A stretch of 64,000 nucleotides of DNA from Callorhinchus milii (GCF_018977255.1 NW_024704743.1:76138001-76202000), one strand, 5' to 3'; shown: positions 29,201 through 43,400, counted from the stretch's first letter. Notes: a model not told the origin generated them from the letters alone. Program-made: numbers and translations.

Positions 29201-31415
29201 CTATAGACCAGGATCCTTTCTGTAAGGATTCTTTTTCTGGACTTTCCCTCAAGCATTAAATCCTCTGACAGATTTACTGAGGCTGACAAGTCTCCTAGAT
29301 GCATCTCAAATGTAATCACCACTTTCACTGCCCAGTTGCTTGCTTGTAGGTATCTAAATACGCTGCTTATTAAACAGCTATAATGTCCATGTCTAACTCA
29401 AAAATACTAAACAAACAATATAATTTGTTAAAAATCCATTGTATAATGCTACTATACTAGAAGGTATTAAATAATAAAATGCTATTTGCTATTATTGTAG
29501 CAACAGACATTAAAATATTCTCAGGTTAAATACTTGAGCAAGCCTGTGTCTGCATTTTTAAAAAAACTGAACAAATATCTGCTTCAGTGACCAGCAAAGC
29601 CTTAGAATATGCAACTTTAAGATAAAGAACATAGTTTTTCTATTGGAAACTGTAAAAATGTACATGAAACTGTCAAATCTTAGGCTTCTGATCCACAATG
29701 AACCACTTACCAGTGCACATAGCACCATTTGTCCCCTTGTAGTTAATGGTTTTGGAAATTGTTGTGTCTTTTAGTTTGTATTTCATGAGTTCAAGAGCAG
29801 TCTATTATCCTTGTGAGTAAATAAAGCTCAACCAGATAAAAGATCCAAAATCTTAGAACAAAGCACACAATCCAAATTTGATTTACCTTTCCATATGGTG
29901 ATCTGTACAAGATATTAAATGAAGGCTTTAGACCCACCACAAGCAGCTAAGGAAAAACAAATGGAAACAATCTGTAATGACATAAATCACAGAACTTTGC
30001 AACTTGTGAAAATTGAGACAACAAAATAACAGTTTTAAATGGTTCTGTGTGCTCCAAATTCAAGCAAAACCCCTTTTATTGCACAGCATCACTGGTCTTT
30101 TTTTTTTAAAGAAGTGTTCGTCTTTTTCTTGCAAAAAAACTGCATAATCGTGACAATGTTAGGAAGAGGTATAAATTAATTTATAAATTAACGGGACTTG
30201 AAGGAGTAAAGAGAGGGAGTAAGGTGGAGGGATTGCGGGATAGAGTTCCAGAGTGGGGGACAGGGATGCTGAATGCCCGACCACCAAGTTGGGGCAGGAA
30301 GTGCGTGGGACCTGAAGCAGGCAGGTGGAGGGAGCGAACAAGCTGATATGAGGTTAGGAAGTTGGAGAGGAAGAGGGGAGCAAGACCGTGGAGGGCTCTG
30401 AAGGTGAGGGCAAGGATTCTGCACTCGATTTTCTGAGGGATGGTGAGCCAGTGAAGCCGGGAAAGAACGGGGGTAAACTCAAAGCCCCATGTCGGTGCAT
30501 AGCCTATGCTGACAATCCAGTCCTGGGTGGAGTGTTGCATTGTTAGAGATGCCATCCTTGGATGAGACATTCTTGGTAAACTTTGAAACTATTCTTGCCA
30601 AATAATAAATAATGAGATAATTAAACTTTTCTACCTTAGTGAGTGAGACCATGGCAAATAGACAGTACTGGGCCACTGGATGAGCCATAAATTCGTCACA
30701 GATCTGCAGAGGCTCAATACAGCAAACTTCACTTTTTGTACCACTGAAGAGGCAGCGTGATTCGCACGTTTTAGTTCCAATGGCTCTTCTAAGAAATATA
30801 TATTAAAAATTACTGAATATAAAGCAATGAAATACTAATGTCAAAGTTGAACTGCTTTAATATCTTTTACTTTACTCTGAGCAGATTTGATTCAACATGA
30901 TGATCAGGCCACCAAATAAACCACATACTTCAGCAAGACAAAACAGGTGTTTCAATCCTTCAGATTTTTGGCCCCTCTAATAACATCACCCTCCACATTT
31001 AATATGTACTAAAAAGACACATCAATCAAGATAAATATATCAGTTGAGTATTTTAGATTTATTCTACCTGAAAAGTGCAAAGTTGCCATTAACCTTTCTT
31101 TTATAACTTCAAAGCCACCCATTGTTTTTGCCTAATGATGATAAGTCAGCACGAGTCATGACCAGCACCAACAGAAAATTGCAGAAATATTTGCCAGAAA
31201 CACCAACGTAGGCCGGAGATCCACCAAAAAACAGCATTGCTCACCAAGATTGCTAGAGTCCTGACTGCGGGGCAACAGGGGGTCACCACCTCCTGCCTCT
31301 TGGGGCTCACCATCGCACACAGACACACTCGCACAGAGAAAGGGAGACACACTCACACACACAGACAAGACACAAAGAGACAGAGAGATACACATACATT
31401 CACAGACACAGAGAT

Positions 31416-31450
<35 letters not shown>

Positions 31451-34400
31451 GACAGAGAGAGATACACACAAACATTCATACAGAGGAGAGAGTCACACAC
31501 AGATAATCTCAACAATGGGGCCTCGGAGTGGAGCAAAGTCCATTTGCCACTAATGCCGCACTGTGCAAGCACACCCGGAGCCTCCCCGTCCAGTGACTTT
31601 GGGTAAACAACTGCACAGAGGCCTGAATGCCGCGGAAACTTAATTTTTTAAATTTTTTTTTACAGATCTGCGGGGCGGGGGCTGCGGGGCGGGGGCTGCG
31701 GGGCGGGGGCTGCGGGGCGGGGTGGGGGTCTGTGGCGGATTTCATGGAAAAATTGCATCCGCAATTTTCTGTTGGCCCTGAGCATGACTCAGTTGCTGCA
31801 CTCTCACATCTAAGTCAGAAGTTTGTGGCTTCAAGTCCTAGGTGCGGTCTTTAATTTCATAATCCAGAAAGATACTCCAATGAAATGCTGGGGGACTGTT
31901 GCATTGTCAGCATGTGTGTGTGTGCGTGTGTGTGTATATCTCTGTGTCTGTCTATTGGATAAGACCTTAAACAGAGATCTTTTCTGTATTTTCAGGTCCA
32001 TGTTAAATCATGGCACTATTTGAAAAGAAAAGGGAATTTTCTCTGTATTCTGGCCAACAATCTTCAATATAAAAAACTGGTAAATCACAATCCAGCTGTT
32101 TGTAAGACAGTGCCATATACAAATTGGCTGTTTTGTACAACTAAAACACAAGTTTCTAAACTTTAGAGAAAAACCCTGAAGCATTTTGAGACATTTTAAA
32201 AGCAAAAGTTATTATTTACATCTCATTTTTGCTTCACTGGAGTCTCACAACAGGCCTGACTACACTTCCATTCACAACAATATTCAGCCTCGACGTTGAA
32301 AGTCAAAATATTTAGCAAATTTTTTATCCAATATATTGAGTTTTGATGTTTTTATGACAAATATTTTTCTTTGACATCCTCAACAGCTCTATGAACTGAA
32401 TTAAGTTTTCAGTTTTACAGAATTAAAACTGCTGTATGTATCATTCATTGCCTTGATGAATTGTACTTCCTTTTACCTACTTGAAATGAAGCTCAAACAC
32501 ATTGCTGCTGCTATCATTGCACACAGCCAATGTTGGTTCGACCGTAAACTATGGAGTAAAAACCAAGCAAATCATTACTTGACACATTCTCAGTCACTCT
32601 CTTTTCAAACCTAGTGATTTTTTTAAAAAATGGATTAAAAGTTTTTGCATGTATAGAGGACAAGTTAGCTGGGAGGAAGATTTCACCCAAACATTGCAAA
32701 CACCAACAACAAAATTAGAATTAAATTGATAGTACTTCAATCATAAAACCCATACAGGGGCACAGAGCAGATAATCTCTTCCAGTTTTTTGGCAGGAGAA
32801 AATACTCTTCAGTGCAATTACACAACACTGCATGCAAAATGTGGCATAATTTTAACAGTAAGTACCACAAAATGAATGTCACACACAATGTGATCATATT
32901 GTATTATTTTTCATGTGTTCTTTCTCCTCCCTCAAATTGTCCTGCTTTGCCTTCCCCTGCCCACGAGTTTTCCAAAGAAATATCATTTACCTTGATACTT
33001 AAAACAGCAGAACCAGGAGGATGAGCATCTGTAATGGTGCGGAGAAGTTTGCCAGTTCCACTATCCCACACAATGATCTGCAATAGAGACAACAGTCATA
33101 CATTTCAAACAGTTGCGTTTAGGTGTAATACTAGGATAGCCAGGTAACACAGAACAGTGTGACATGCAGTGTCTGAAAACTTCTGTTAAGAGAAAGTCTA
33201 CAGAAATGCTGTACAAAAATATACTTTTGAGAAAGTAAATAAAGCCACAGTGAGAGAGTTGATGAAATTGCCCATTCACAAACTACACAATTGAAAATTG
33301 GTGGGTAAAGCCAGCCCCGTTGGTGTAGTGGATGAAGCTGCAACGTATGGATGAGAAGTTGGCTGATATGATGCCAGGAATGTGCTGCATTTGCTGGTCT
33401 CAGCCACTTGGAGCAGTTAAACTTGATCCAATCTTCCCATGATAAGGGAGGGGAAAACAGTCCTGTCCCTCTACTGCACCATCTACTGGTTGTTCATGTG
33501 TTTGGCAGCTGTGTGGGGAGAGGCTGTGATGCCCTCTGCAGTCCAGTTTCCTGCTGATACTCACTGATAAAGCTCACGTGATTTTTTTTGATCAACCAAG
33601 TGTCTGATGCACCCAAAATCCATTAATATAATAATAATAATAATAATCCTTGCAGTTGATATAGTGCTTTTCAAGTCTTCTAAACGTCTCAAAGCGCTTC
33701 ACAGAATATGCTGTAAAGTGAATTGACCGTATATTTGTGGGCGAAACACGGCAGCCAATTGCGCACAGCAATGTCCCACAAACAGTCGTGGATTGAAAAT
33801 GACCAATTTATTATTAGTTTGTTTTTTGGAGGGATTATTATTAGGGATTATTATTAGGGAGGTCAGCTACCATTACCATGCTTAAGAGGATCCAAACCAG
33901 ACAGATGGAGTTCACACAAGTTAACCACCTACACATGGAAACTTTCCTGTGCCTGGAATGGAGTGTGGACTTTCTCCTCGAGAGATGCACCCTGCTTACC
34001 TAATTCCAGAGATTATCAAGTGCAGGTTGGCAAGACTTAAGGCTTAAGGTCTTTGAGTGCGCGTAAGGATACTCCTGGAATTACACCAGCTAAAGCCGCA
34101 AAGCTTGTCCAGCTAAGACCACCTTACCCTTTGGGGTAGAGTTAATGGGAGCTGAGTGAGAAGAATCCCTGCTCTCAGTACCTGGTCTACCCACTCCAAG
34201 ACTTGTCGATAAACCAGACTGACTGTTTCATCTTTGGCAGTGCCCTGGAGTACTGTGGACCTGCCCAGTTGGCAGGGGAACTGAACTATAGAGACCAGCA
34301 AAGAGAGTTGACTGTTTCGTTATCCTGTTGTGAGCACATTACCATGGAGGGAGGTCAGCTACAGGGAGATCCCACTTAACTTCCTGTACCCAGGAGGATA

Positions 34401-37400
34401 TCTCAACAATGACCATTTGAACAGAGTAACAGAGGGCAGCCAGTGTCCAAAGAAACTACACACCAGCAAGAGGTGCTCAGACTAAGGAGCCGAGAGATAC
34501 TGGAGAGAAAAATTAGAAAAAAATTGGAAACAATTAATTTACACAAAAAATTAAGTTAGTGAGGATACTACAATCAATCTCAGTCTGTATCACTGGCCTT
34601 TGTGGGGAGGATGGGAAGATAACTAGCTTGGGTGACTGCACTGACTGCAATCACTATCCAGTGGAGGGGAGGACAAGTTTGAATGGCTATGGGGAGAGAG
34701 CGGCGTTGAATTGGATAGCTTTTTTCAAAGAGCCGGCAGACACGATGGGCCAAATGGCCTCCTTCTGTGCTGTATAATTCTATGATTCTGATGGAAAGTG
34801 TATACATATGAAATGAATTTAACTGATCTTCTCTTCTGCGCCCAACTCATATTCAAATACTGCACCAGTCTCGGTCAATAGATCATGAATTATTACCTGG
34901 GTGAAATACTATTCAGCTGCCAGTGCCTGCGTGGATGACCGTTTGATTCACATAATTTAAATTTGATAAAAATGCAAAGGTATGCAGAAATGTTTATTTT
35001 TACCTGTCCCCTCGCAAATCCACAAAGTAAACGAGTGCAGTCATTGTTAAAAGTAAGTGCTGTAATGGCTCCATACTGGGCACCATGTGCAGTACTGCCC
35101 AAGCATAGTTTCAAAGCTTGTTTTGGATCTAAATAAGTTAAAATGTGCATTAATTAGATCAATATTTGACACATGAAATGCCATTTAACTCATTCACAAA
35201 GGAAGTGGAAGCGCACCCACTTTGCAGTAGCATTGAATTGAATGCATTGAAGTACAACCTTGTTGGAAAGTGATTTATGGTGACAAACTGAAATGCACCA
35301 ATGCTTCTTTGCTTAAATTGCCAGAGGGGGAGGTTAGAAAGTAAGGACGTATTTATACAGAACTTTCTCCTGGGGTTACGACAGATTGGATAGATTTGCC
35401 CAGTCTGAGGAAGGAGGGGGTACTTGGGGTGAAGGCATTTAACGTTCCATGTTTTTAAAAGTTCTATTTCTATCATAGGCATGTGCGCACGCACTCATGA
35501 CGACAATTTAACTGCGATGAAACCCAAATTACTGTTTCAAGCTAAACACACATAATAGTTTGCAGTCTTTCTGGATTAGGATATTAGCAGAATGTGAACA
35601 TATTTTTTCAGACATCAGGGGGATTTGAGAGGAAGTATTCCATGAGATTCAGATTAAACTAAATTACATTAAAAATGCATTATTTTACCTCTATTAACTC
35701 TAACATATTCACATGCACATATCAGCTTACTGAACTACATTACACAGAAGATAAAGATCAATGATCATCCAATTGAACTTACCAAAGATGAGAATCAAGC
35801 CATGCAGTGTTCCTATTGCTATGAGATCAGACACAGCCTGGGAGGAAAAGCAATGCAGAATGCACTAGTTATCCATTTACAAGAGACAGACATCAATGTT
35901 TTGATCCAAATGCACACAAATACAGTAAAGAATTCTCAAAGAAACATTTCAACTATTGGCCCTGCATTGGGCAAACTGGATGGATCTACAAGTGGGCAGG
36001 TTTGCCTCTGGATCAGACAAAAGAGAGTATGAAGTGGGTGCAATGGGGCTTGGCATCAGCTCGTCAAAGGAAAGTTTAAGCATTTCCTGTGACACTGGAG
36101 GCCTGTTGGGTTGGTGCTGCTGCCGGGTAACAGCCTCGAATGTTTCCACTGGTACATGACATTATTTACAGTGGGGATCATGAGGCATTATAAGAAAATC
36201 TTCAGCTCTGTTAAACTCTGCAATCTACGTTAGTTCAATTAGAAATTGATTTCTAATCAATTATTAGATTAATTGATTCAAAAAGGGATCAGGGACTTTT
36301 ATTTTGCAGAAAAATGACTAGAGTAAGAAAAACAAGTAATATCTCTCTCTTCCTACACCTGCTGCTTGTTATTAAGAATTTTAAGGTTAAGAATTTTCAA
36401 CTACATTTCTGTTGTTATCTTAGCAATTCCAATGAGTTCAGTATCCTGCAAATGAATTATGGTCACTGTTGATTGTTTTGCATGAATACACTAGAAAAAG
36501 AGTTACTTCTGTGAGTAACTGCTGCATTTGAGCAAGTATGTGGTACAGTGTAGACCTATCAGGCTTTTCTTATGATTCCATTAAAAACAAAACAGTCTGC
36601 AAATATATATATATAATATGTAAAAAAATTCCAAATACACATCTTCTTTAATTAAAAGAAAACTATTTTACCATTGCAGTCGGTGTACCTGCATCAACTC
36701 TATCCTGTAAAAGACCAAATGGACAAAATCTAAAATTATCACCATTTAAAAATAAACACGTGGAGTGGTAATTGAAATCAGTACAGAATGCTGGAACGTT
36801 GGCATGGAAGTGGCCATAAGCCATGATAGTGTTGCGAAAACTATGTCAAATACATTATCAACTTCATTACAGGGTTAGTGACGATTTTTTCCTCACTCCT
36901 CCCCACATACAATGGTTACTTTGGAAAAAAAAGATAATTACACCAAACCACTTGCCAGTAAGTAAATTTTCCGGTAAGCTGCACACCCTGTCATATTGTA
37001 AATACTGCACTGCAATGGAGTGGAAAGTGGAAAGGGTATTGTAGTGTCAAAACCACATTTTGTGCTCCTGTTAAAATTAACAATACTGTGAAGACATTTG
37101 CACCTGACCTCCATAATTTCCATAGATTATAGTTTTGGGGATGGGTCATGTATGAAAGGTGCTTGAAAGTTCCTAAACCAATATCCATAGAGTACGAGTT
37201 CACTGGGCATAATTGTGCACAGTTTGGCAATCTCAACAGTATAGTCCAGCTAATGTGGAAAGTGGAAACATTAGTTCACTAGGAACACAATTCCACCCTT
37301 GTGATTAAGTCTGATTTGCTGGAGAAGGGTGCACGCTGAAAATTATTTTCAGAATCCACTACATTAGGGTATTTAATATCAACAGTGAGTGTTAAGAGTG

Positions 37401-40400
37401 AATTAAATATTTAATTTTCCAACCAGATATTGGGATGATTAAGATGCGGCAGGATAACTTTACTTTGAAAGCAGATTACATTGGAGCAGAGTTCCCACAG
37501 GCCCTTTTGACCAGCGTTTGGTTTCCCTAGTAAGGAATTTAGTTACAAGTCACTCCATGTTAGATTGCATTGCTCACTTTGTTAAGCACAAAAATTCAAA
37601 GCAGCAAAATCATTTTGTAGGTCAAGAACAAACACTCTAGTGTCTAGTTAGAAAATAACTAAAATCGAAAGGTTTTTCAGCATTGTATGGTGTATTGGTT
37701 GAACATGCCTGCAAAAAAGAAATGCACAAGACAAAGTCACTTACAGCTGCTGATGTGATTTGTGCAGACAAACCTTTGAGAATAATGTGGTGTAGGACTG
37801 ACCCTTGTGCAACTGGAAGCAACTGTGGATCTTTACACCTGTAGTCAAACAAGACCCGGATCAGCAATTTGTTTTAAACTTAGAAACGATTAGACAAAAG
37901 CAGATTTAGTCCTCTTCAATACAGGCTGTTGGGCTGGCAAGGTATGCAACACATGTATTTAGATGCAGTAAATTTCTAAATCATCAAAACAAATTACATA
38001 TCAGTTGAATGCTGCCTTGCTTCTAATGCTAGTGTTCTGTTGATTCGTGCTAACAAGAAGTGTGATACACATGGCATCCAGTGCTGACGATCCTTTCGGC
38101 AATCGGGAGCCAGTCGGGCTTGGCTAGAACTGGTGTGATGGGGGTACTAAGTTTAGTGCAGGTGAGTATGCAGGCGGCGGAGTTTTGGATCAGCTGGATT
38201 TTGTGAATAGTGGAGCTGGGGAGGCCAGCGAGGAAGGAATTTGAATTGTCGAACCGTGAGGAGACAGACCCATGGACAAGTGTTTTGGCTGCGTCTAGGG
38301 TAAGATACAGTCGGCAGCGGGCAATGTGGCAGAGTGGAGGAAGACAGTCCTGGTCAGGGACCAGACGTGGGTAGGAAGGTCAGCTGTGGGCCGAATCTGA
38401 CGTCTAGATGCAGTGAGTCTGAGGGATAGGCCAGGGAGGTTGAGGTCAGAACTCTAGGAAAGAAGACATTGACAGGAACCAAGGAGTATGGTTTCCGTCT
38501 TGTCAACATTGAGTTGCAGGATGTTTGCATCCAGGCCTTGATGTCTGCCATTCAAGGATACTGGAGGAGGCAAAGTAGTTTTGTGTGTCATCCGCATACA
38601 TTTGGAAGTTTATCCCATGTCTACGGATGACATCAACAAGAGGGAGCATGTAGATGAGGAAAAGAAGAGGGCCAAGGATGGAGCCCTGGGATAACCCGCA
38701 GGTAACCAGGCAGGATCCGGAGGAGAAACCATTTGCCGAGATGAAGTGGATGTTGTTGGTTAAGCAGGACTTAAGTTATGCATTTATTTAGCGTCCTCCA
38801 TTCCGGGTGATGTCTCAGAACACTTAACAATGGTGGAGCCCAGGGCTGAGCCGGGTAGGGGGAAGATGACCTTAGGTGCGGTCAAAGAGGAAGGTCTTCA
38901 GGCGCACCCTGAAGATGGGGAACAAGGGTGTGAGGCGTAGAGGTTGAGGGAGGAAGTTCCAAAGTTTCAAGGCATAGTGGCTGAAGGCACAGAACTTCGG
39001 AATTCCAGGACTTTAGCAAGGAAGGGCGGGTTGGAAATGGGATAGTAGTATGAGAGGTTAGAGGGATCGAGGGTGGTTTTTTTTGAGGAGGGGTGCGATA
39101 ATAGCGATTATCAGGGGGAGTGGAACAGAGCCCAAGGAGAGAGACTGATTGACTGTGTCAGCCAGCCGGGGGGAGAGGAGGAGGAATTGAGTGACCAGCA
39201 GCTTGGTGAGAAGAGGGTCAAGGCAGCAGGTGGTGAACTTCATACGGTGGTGGTGAACATACAATTGTGTACATGTGAATGACAATTATTTGGAGTCCCA
39301 TCTCGGTTTATGGAAGGTGTGACCTGGAATCTAATTTGTGAATACGTGTTTGTACATCCAGTGATTGGAATCCACCTTGATTAGTTTGCAGAGAGGTAAG
39401 CAACTGCTGATCAAGCTCTGTACCTCCAACTAGTAGAACCATCGCTCAATGGGAACAGACGTGTGCCTGAGCCTCGGACAGGAAGATGGTGGCTCCTGGT
39501 ATCTGCCATTCATCTAGTGAGGACTCAAACCTATGCTTTTCAGATGTCAAATGATCAAATAGTGATCATCTTCCGGGGGAGAGTGAGGGTTGGGAAGGAG
39601 AAGATAAATGGGATCTCCATGGAACTGAACTGATTCCAAGTTACATGTTTGACAATAGAAAAGTCAGAATCGAGCCAACCCTCTTTGGCAGTCTAGGTTG
39701 TTCCAGTTCCTGATCCAGGTGGGTCCGCAGTATTCTAGAGCACTGCTGATGACAGTACAGCCAGCCTGGCTCATTAGCAGGACTTAGAAGGGCAAAAGAG
39801 TCTTGGGTAGGGACTCTTCCCACTCTGATCCCATTAACCCTGCAAGCCAAAGGCCTAATGGGTAGGGTGGTACCAGCTGGACAACCAGCGGGAAAGCATT
39901 CCAGTGCTTTTAATGGCAAGCTATGTGGTGCTAGCTTGTTAGACTCTAGTAGTACCCCCAATGGATACTCTTGGGTCCCCAAACTTTGGCTTTTGCCAAC
40001 CTGCGCCTAATGCTTTCCGGAATTAGGTAAGCAGGATGCATCCCTCCAGGGAGAGAGTGCACATTCCGTTCCAACAATCCATCGCTAGGATGTCCATGTG
40101 TAGATGTGATGCATGGAAGTCTCAGTTTGGAAATCTTGGTTTTGTTTGGATACTCTTAAGCATGGTAATGGGTTTCTGTATGTTCAAGATGACCTCCACA
40201 AAAATGGCCACTAAACCCCAAGATCAGCAAAGGAGAACATACATCCTAGTATTTAAAATGTTAGTTTGTTTGAAATTGTTCTCATTTTCCTTTTGGATTT
40301 GAACAATAGGTGACATTTAATTAGGATGAGTTATCTGCACAAATCATGGTGGAAGATTCGAAAAAGTTATGCTCTTAACATCAAATAATACAAATATTTC

Positions 40401-43400
40401 ACAAAACACACGGAATCAGCATTGAAATCATTAGATGTTTTATGAGTGGAAAGACTCACCAATTAGTTGGTTTCAACAGATCAACACTAGCCATTGCAAT
40501 ATCAGTGGTTGCGTTGTCCACAGGCAACCCAATAAAAGCTTCTTCCGAAAGCAAAGGATCAACCACATTTTCAGACTCAATGCCCTGTTAACACATACAC
40601 ACTATTTATTACACAGTGGCCAACACTCAAGCTAACTTGAGCTTCACGTGGATCTTCCAAGCCTGACGTGCAGCTCTTTTAATATGCCATTTGGCCATGG
40701 TTATATCGCTTCATTTAAGCTAAAGTAAACTTTGAACAATGCAATAAGCCTGGAATAAGTACAAGTTTAAATAAATAGACTTTTGTCCTTCTGCAGCTCC
40801 GTGTTCAGCCCTCTTGTTATTTTTCTGGTTCTTATGCAAACCTAGAATCATAGAATTACACAGCACAGAAGGAGGCCATTCGGCCGATTGTGTCTGGTCC
40901 AGCTCTTTGAAAAGAGCTATCTAATTCAATCCCACTCCCCCGCTCTCTCCCCATAGCCCTGCAAACTTGTCCTCCCCAAATAATTATCTACTTCTCTCTT
41001 AAAAGTTGTTATCAAATCAGCTTCTACCACCCTTTCAGGCAATGCATTCCAGATCTGAACAACTCGCTGTGTGAAAAAAATTCTCTTCGCCTCCTCCTGT
41101 TTCTTTTAACAACTATTTTAAATTGGTGTCCTCGGATTACCAACCCACCCTAGCTGAGGCCTAAGCAGTGTTTTATAAAGGTTTACCATAACTTCCTGTC
41201 TTTTGTATTCTATGCCCCTATTTATAAAGTCTAGTATTCTGTATGCTTTTTTTAAAACAGCTTTATCTACCTGTGCTGCCATCTTCAAAGATTTACTTAT
41301 ATGAACCCCCAGGTCTCTCCGTTCCTTCACCCCCTTTAAGATTGTACCATCAGCTTATATTGCCTCTCCACATTCTTCCTCCCAAAATACATCACTTTGC
41401 ATTTCTCCACATTAAACTTCATCTGCCAAGTGTCTGTCCACTTTACCAGTCTGTCTATGTCCATTTGCAGTCTGCTACGATCCTTCTCACTGTATACTAC
41501 ATTTCCAAGCTTAGTATCATTGGCAAACTTGGAAATTGTACTCCCCATACCCTCGTCCAGGTCATTTATATAGATGAAAAACAGCAGTAGTCTCAATACT
41601 GACCCCTGTGGGACACCACTGCACACTTCCCTCCAGCCAGAAAAACAACATTGTGCAGATAAAACTGGTATTTTGTCTTGTCACTCTCAATTATCACTTA
41701 GATAAGGAGTTCTTTGATACTGAAACACATTTAGTTGGAACATCTGTAAGCAGTTTGGGTTATCGGTTTTGAAGTGGAGCTAAGAAATCCTTTATCCACC
41801 CTTATACATACACACAGGGCAACAGAAGTTGAGGTTCTGGATCAGAATTTGTACTTAAGGGAAGCTTAACCCTCAACTGGTGGGTGGGTAACCCGAGGAC
41901 ACCGATTTAAAATAGTTATTAAAAGAAAGAGGGGAGGTAAGAAGAAATATTTTCACACAGTGAGTTGTTCGCATCTGGAATGCATTGTCTGAAAGGGTGG
42001 TGGAGCCAATTCGAGTCAGGAGCAGAGGCAGGAGAGCAGTCAGTCAGGAGCAGAGGCAGGAGAGCAGTCAGTCAGGAGCAGAGGCAGGAGAGCAGTCAGT
42101 CAGGAGCAGAGGCAGGAGAGCAGTCAGTCAAGAGCAGAGGGAGGAGAGCAGTCAGTCAGGAGCAGAGGGAGGAGAGCAGTCAGTCAGGAGCAGAGGGAGG
42201 AGAGCAGTCAGTCAGGAGCAGAGGGAGGAGAGCAGTCAGTCAGGAGCAGAGGGAGGAGAGCAGTCAGTCAGGAGCAGAGGGAGGAGAGCAGTCAGTCAGG
42301 AGCAGAGGGAGGAGAGCAGTCAGTCAGGAGCAGAGGGAGGAAAGAGATAAAAATCCAAGTGACCAGCAGGAAAATTAAAACGTGACGTCAGAGCGACGTC
42401 ACAATCAAAACATTCTGAAAGAGTAAACTAACAGCTAACACTAACTAACAGTAAACTAACAGCTAACACTAACTACTAACAGTAAACTAACAGCTAACAC
42501 TAACTACTAACTAACAGTAAACTAACAGCTAACTACTAATTAACAACACTAAAAATAAAATACAATAAAAAAATTAATAAAGAATTTAACTTTTAAAAAA
42601 TAATAATTAATTAAATAAAACTTTAATTCACAGTGAGGGTGGGAGAGGTGGCAATGGCGTGGCCGGTGTTGTGTGAGGACAGTGAGGGTGGGAGAGGTGG
42701 CAATGGCGTGGCCGGTGTTGTGTGAGGACAGTGAGGGTGGGAGAGGTGGCAATGGCGTGGCCGGTGTGTGTGAGGACAGTGAGGGTGGGAGAGGTGGCAA
42801 TGGCGTGGCCGGTGTTGTGTGAGGACAGTGGTGGTGGGAGAGGTGGCAATGGCGTGGCCGGTGTTGTGTGAGGACGGTGGTGGTGGGAGAGGTGGCAATG
42901 GCGTGGCCGGGTGTGAGGACGGTGGTGGTGGGAGAGGTGGCAATGGCGTGGCGCGCGTGTGTGTGAGGACAGTGAGGTGGAGAGGTGCAATGGCGTGGCC
43001 GGTGTTGTGTGAGGACAGTGAGGGTGGGAGAGGTGGCAATGGCGTGGCCGGTGTTGTGTGAGGACAGTGGTGGTGGGAGAGGTGGCAATGGCGTGGCCGG
43101 TGTTGTGTGAGGACAGTGGTGGTGGGAGAGGTGGCAATGGCGTGGCCGGTGTTGTGTGAGGACAGTGAGGGTGGGAGAGGTGGCAATGGCGTGGCCGGTG
43201 TTGTGTGAGGACAGTGGGGGTTGGAGAGGTGGCAATGGCGTGGCCGGTGTTGTGTGAGGACAGTGGGGGTGGGAGAGGTGGCAATGGCGTGGCCGGTGTT
43301 GTGTGAGGACAGTGGCAATGGCGTGGCAGGTGTTGTGTGAGGACTGTAATATGTGGGAGTTGCTGAAGGGCAGTCTGAGCCCGGGCGACCACATCTGCAG

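Noticed and set aside
35949..36149. 66-aa ORF in intron 5
   Set aside because: No convincing splice sites or recognisable homology; exons 5 and 6 already join in frame.
42014..43343. CRISPR-like repeat arrays
   Set aside because: Units are head-to-tail with no unique spacers, there are no cas genes, and the context is a vertebrate intron.
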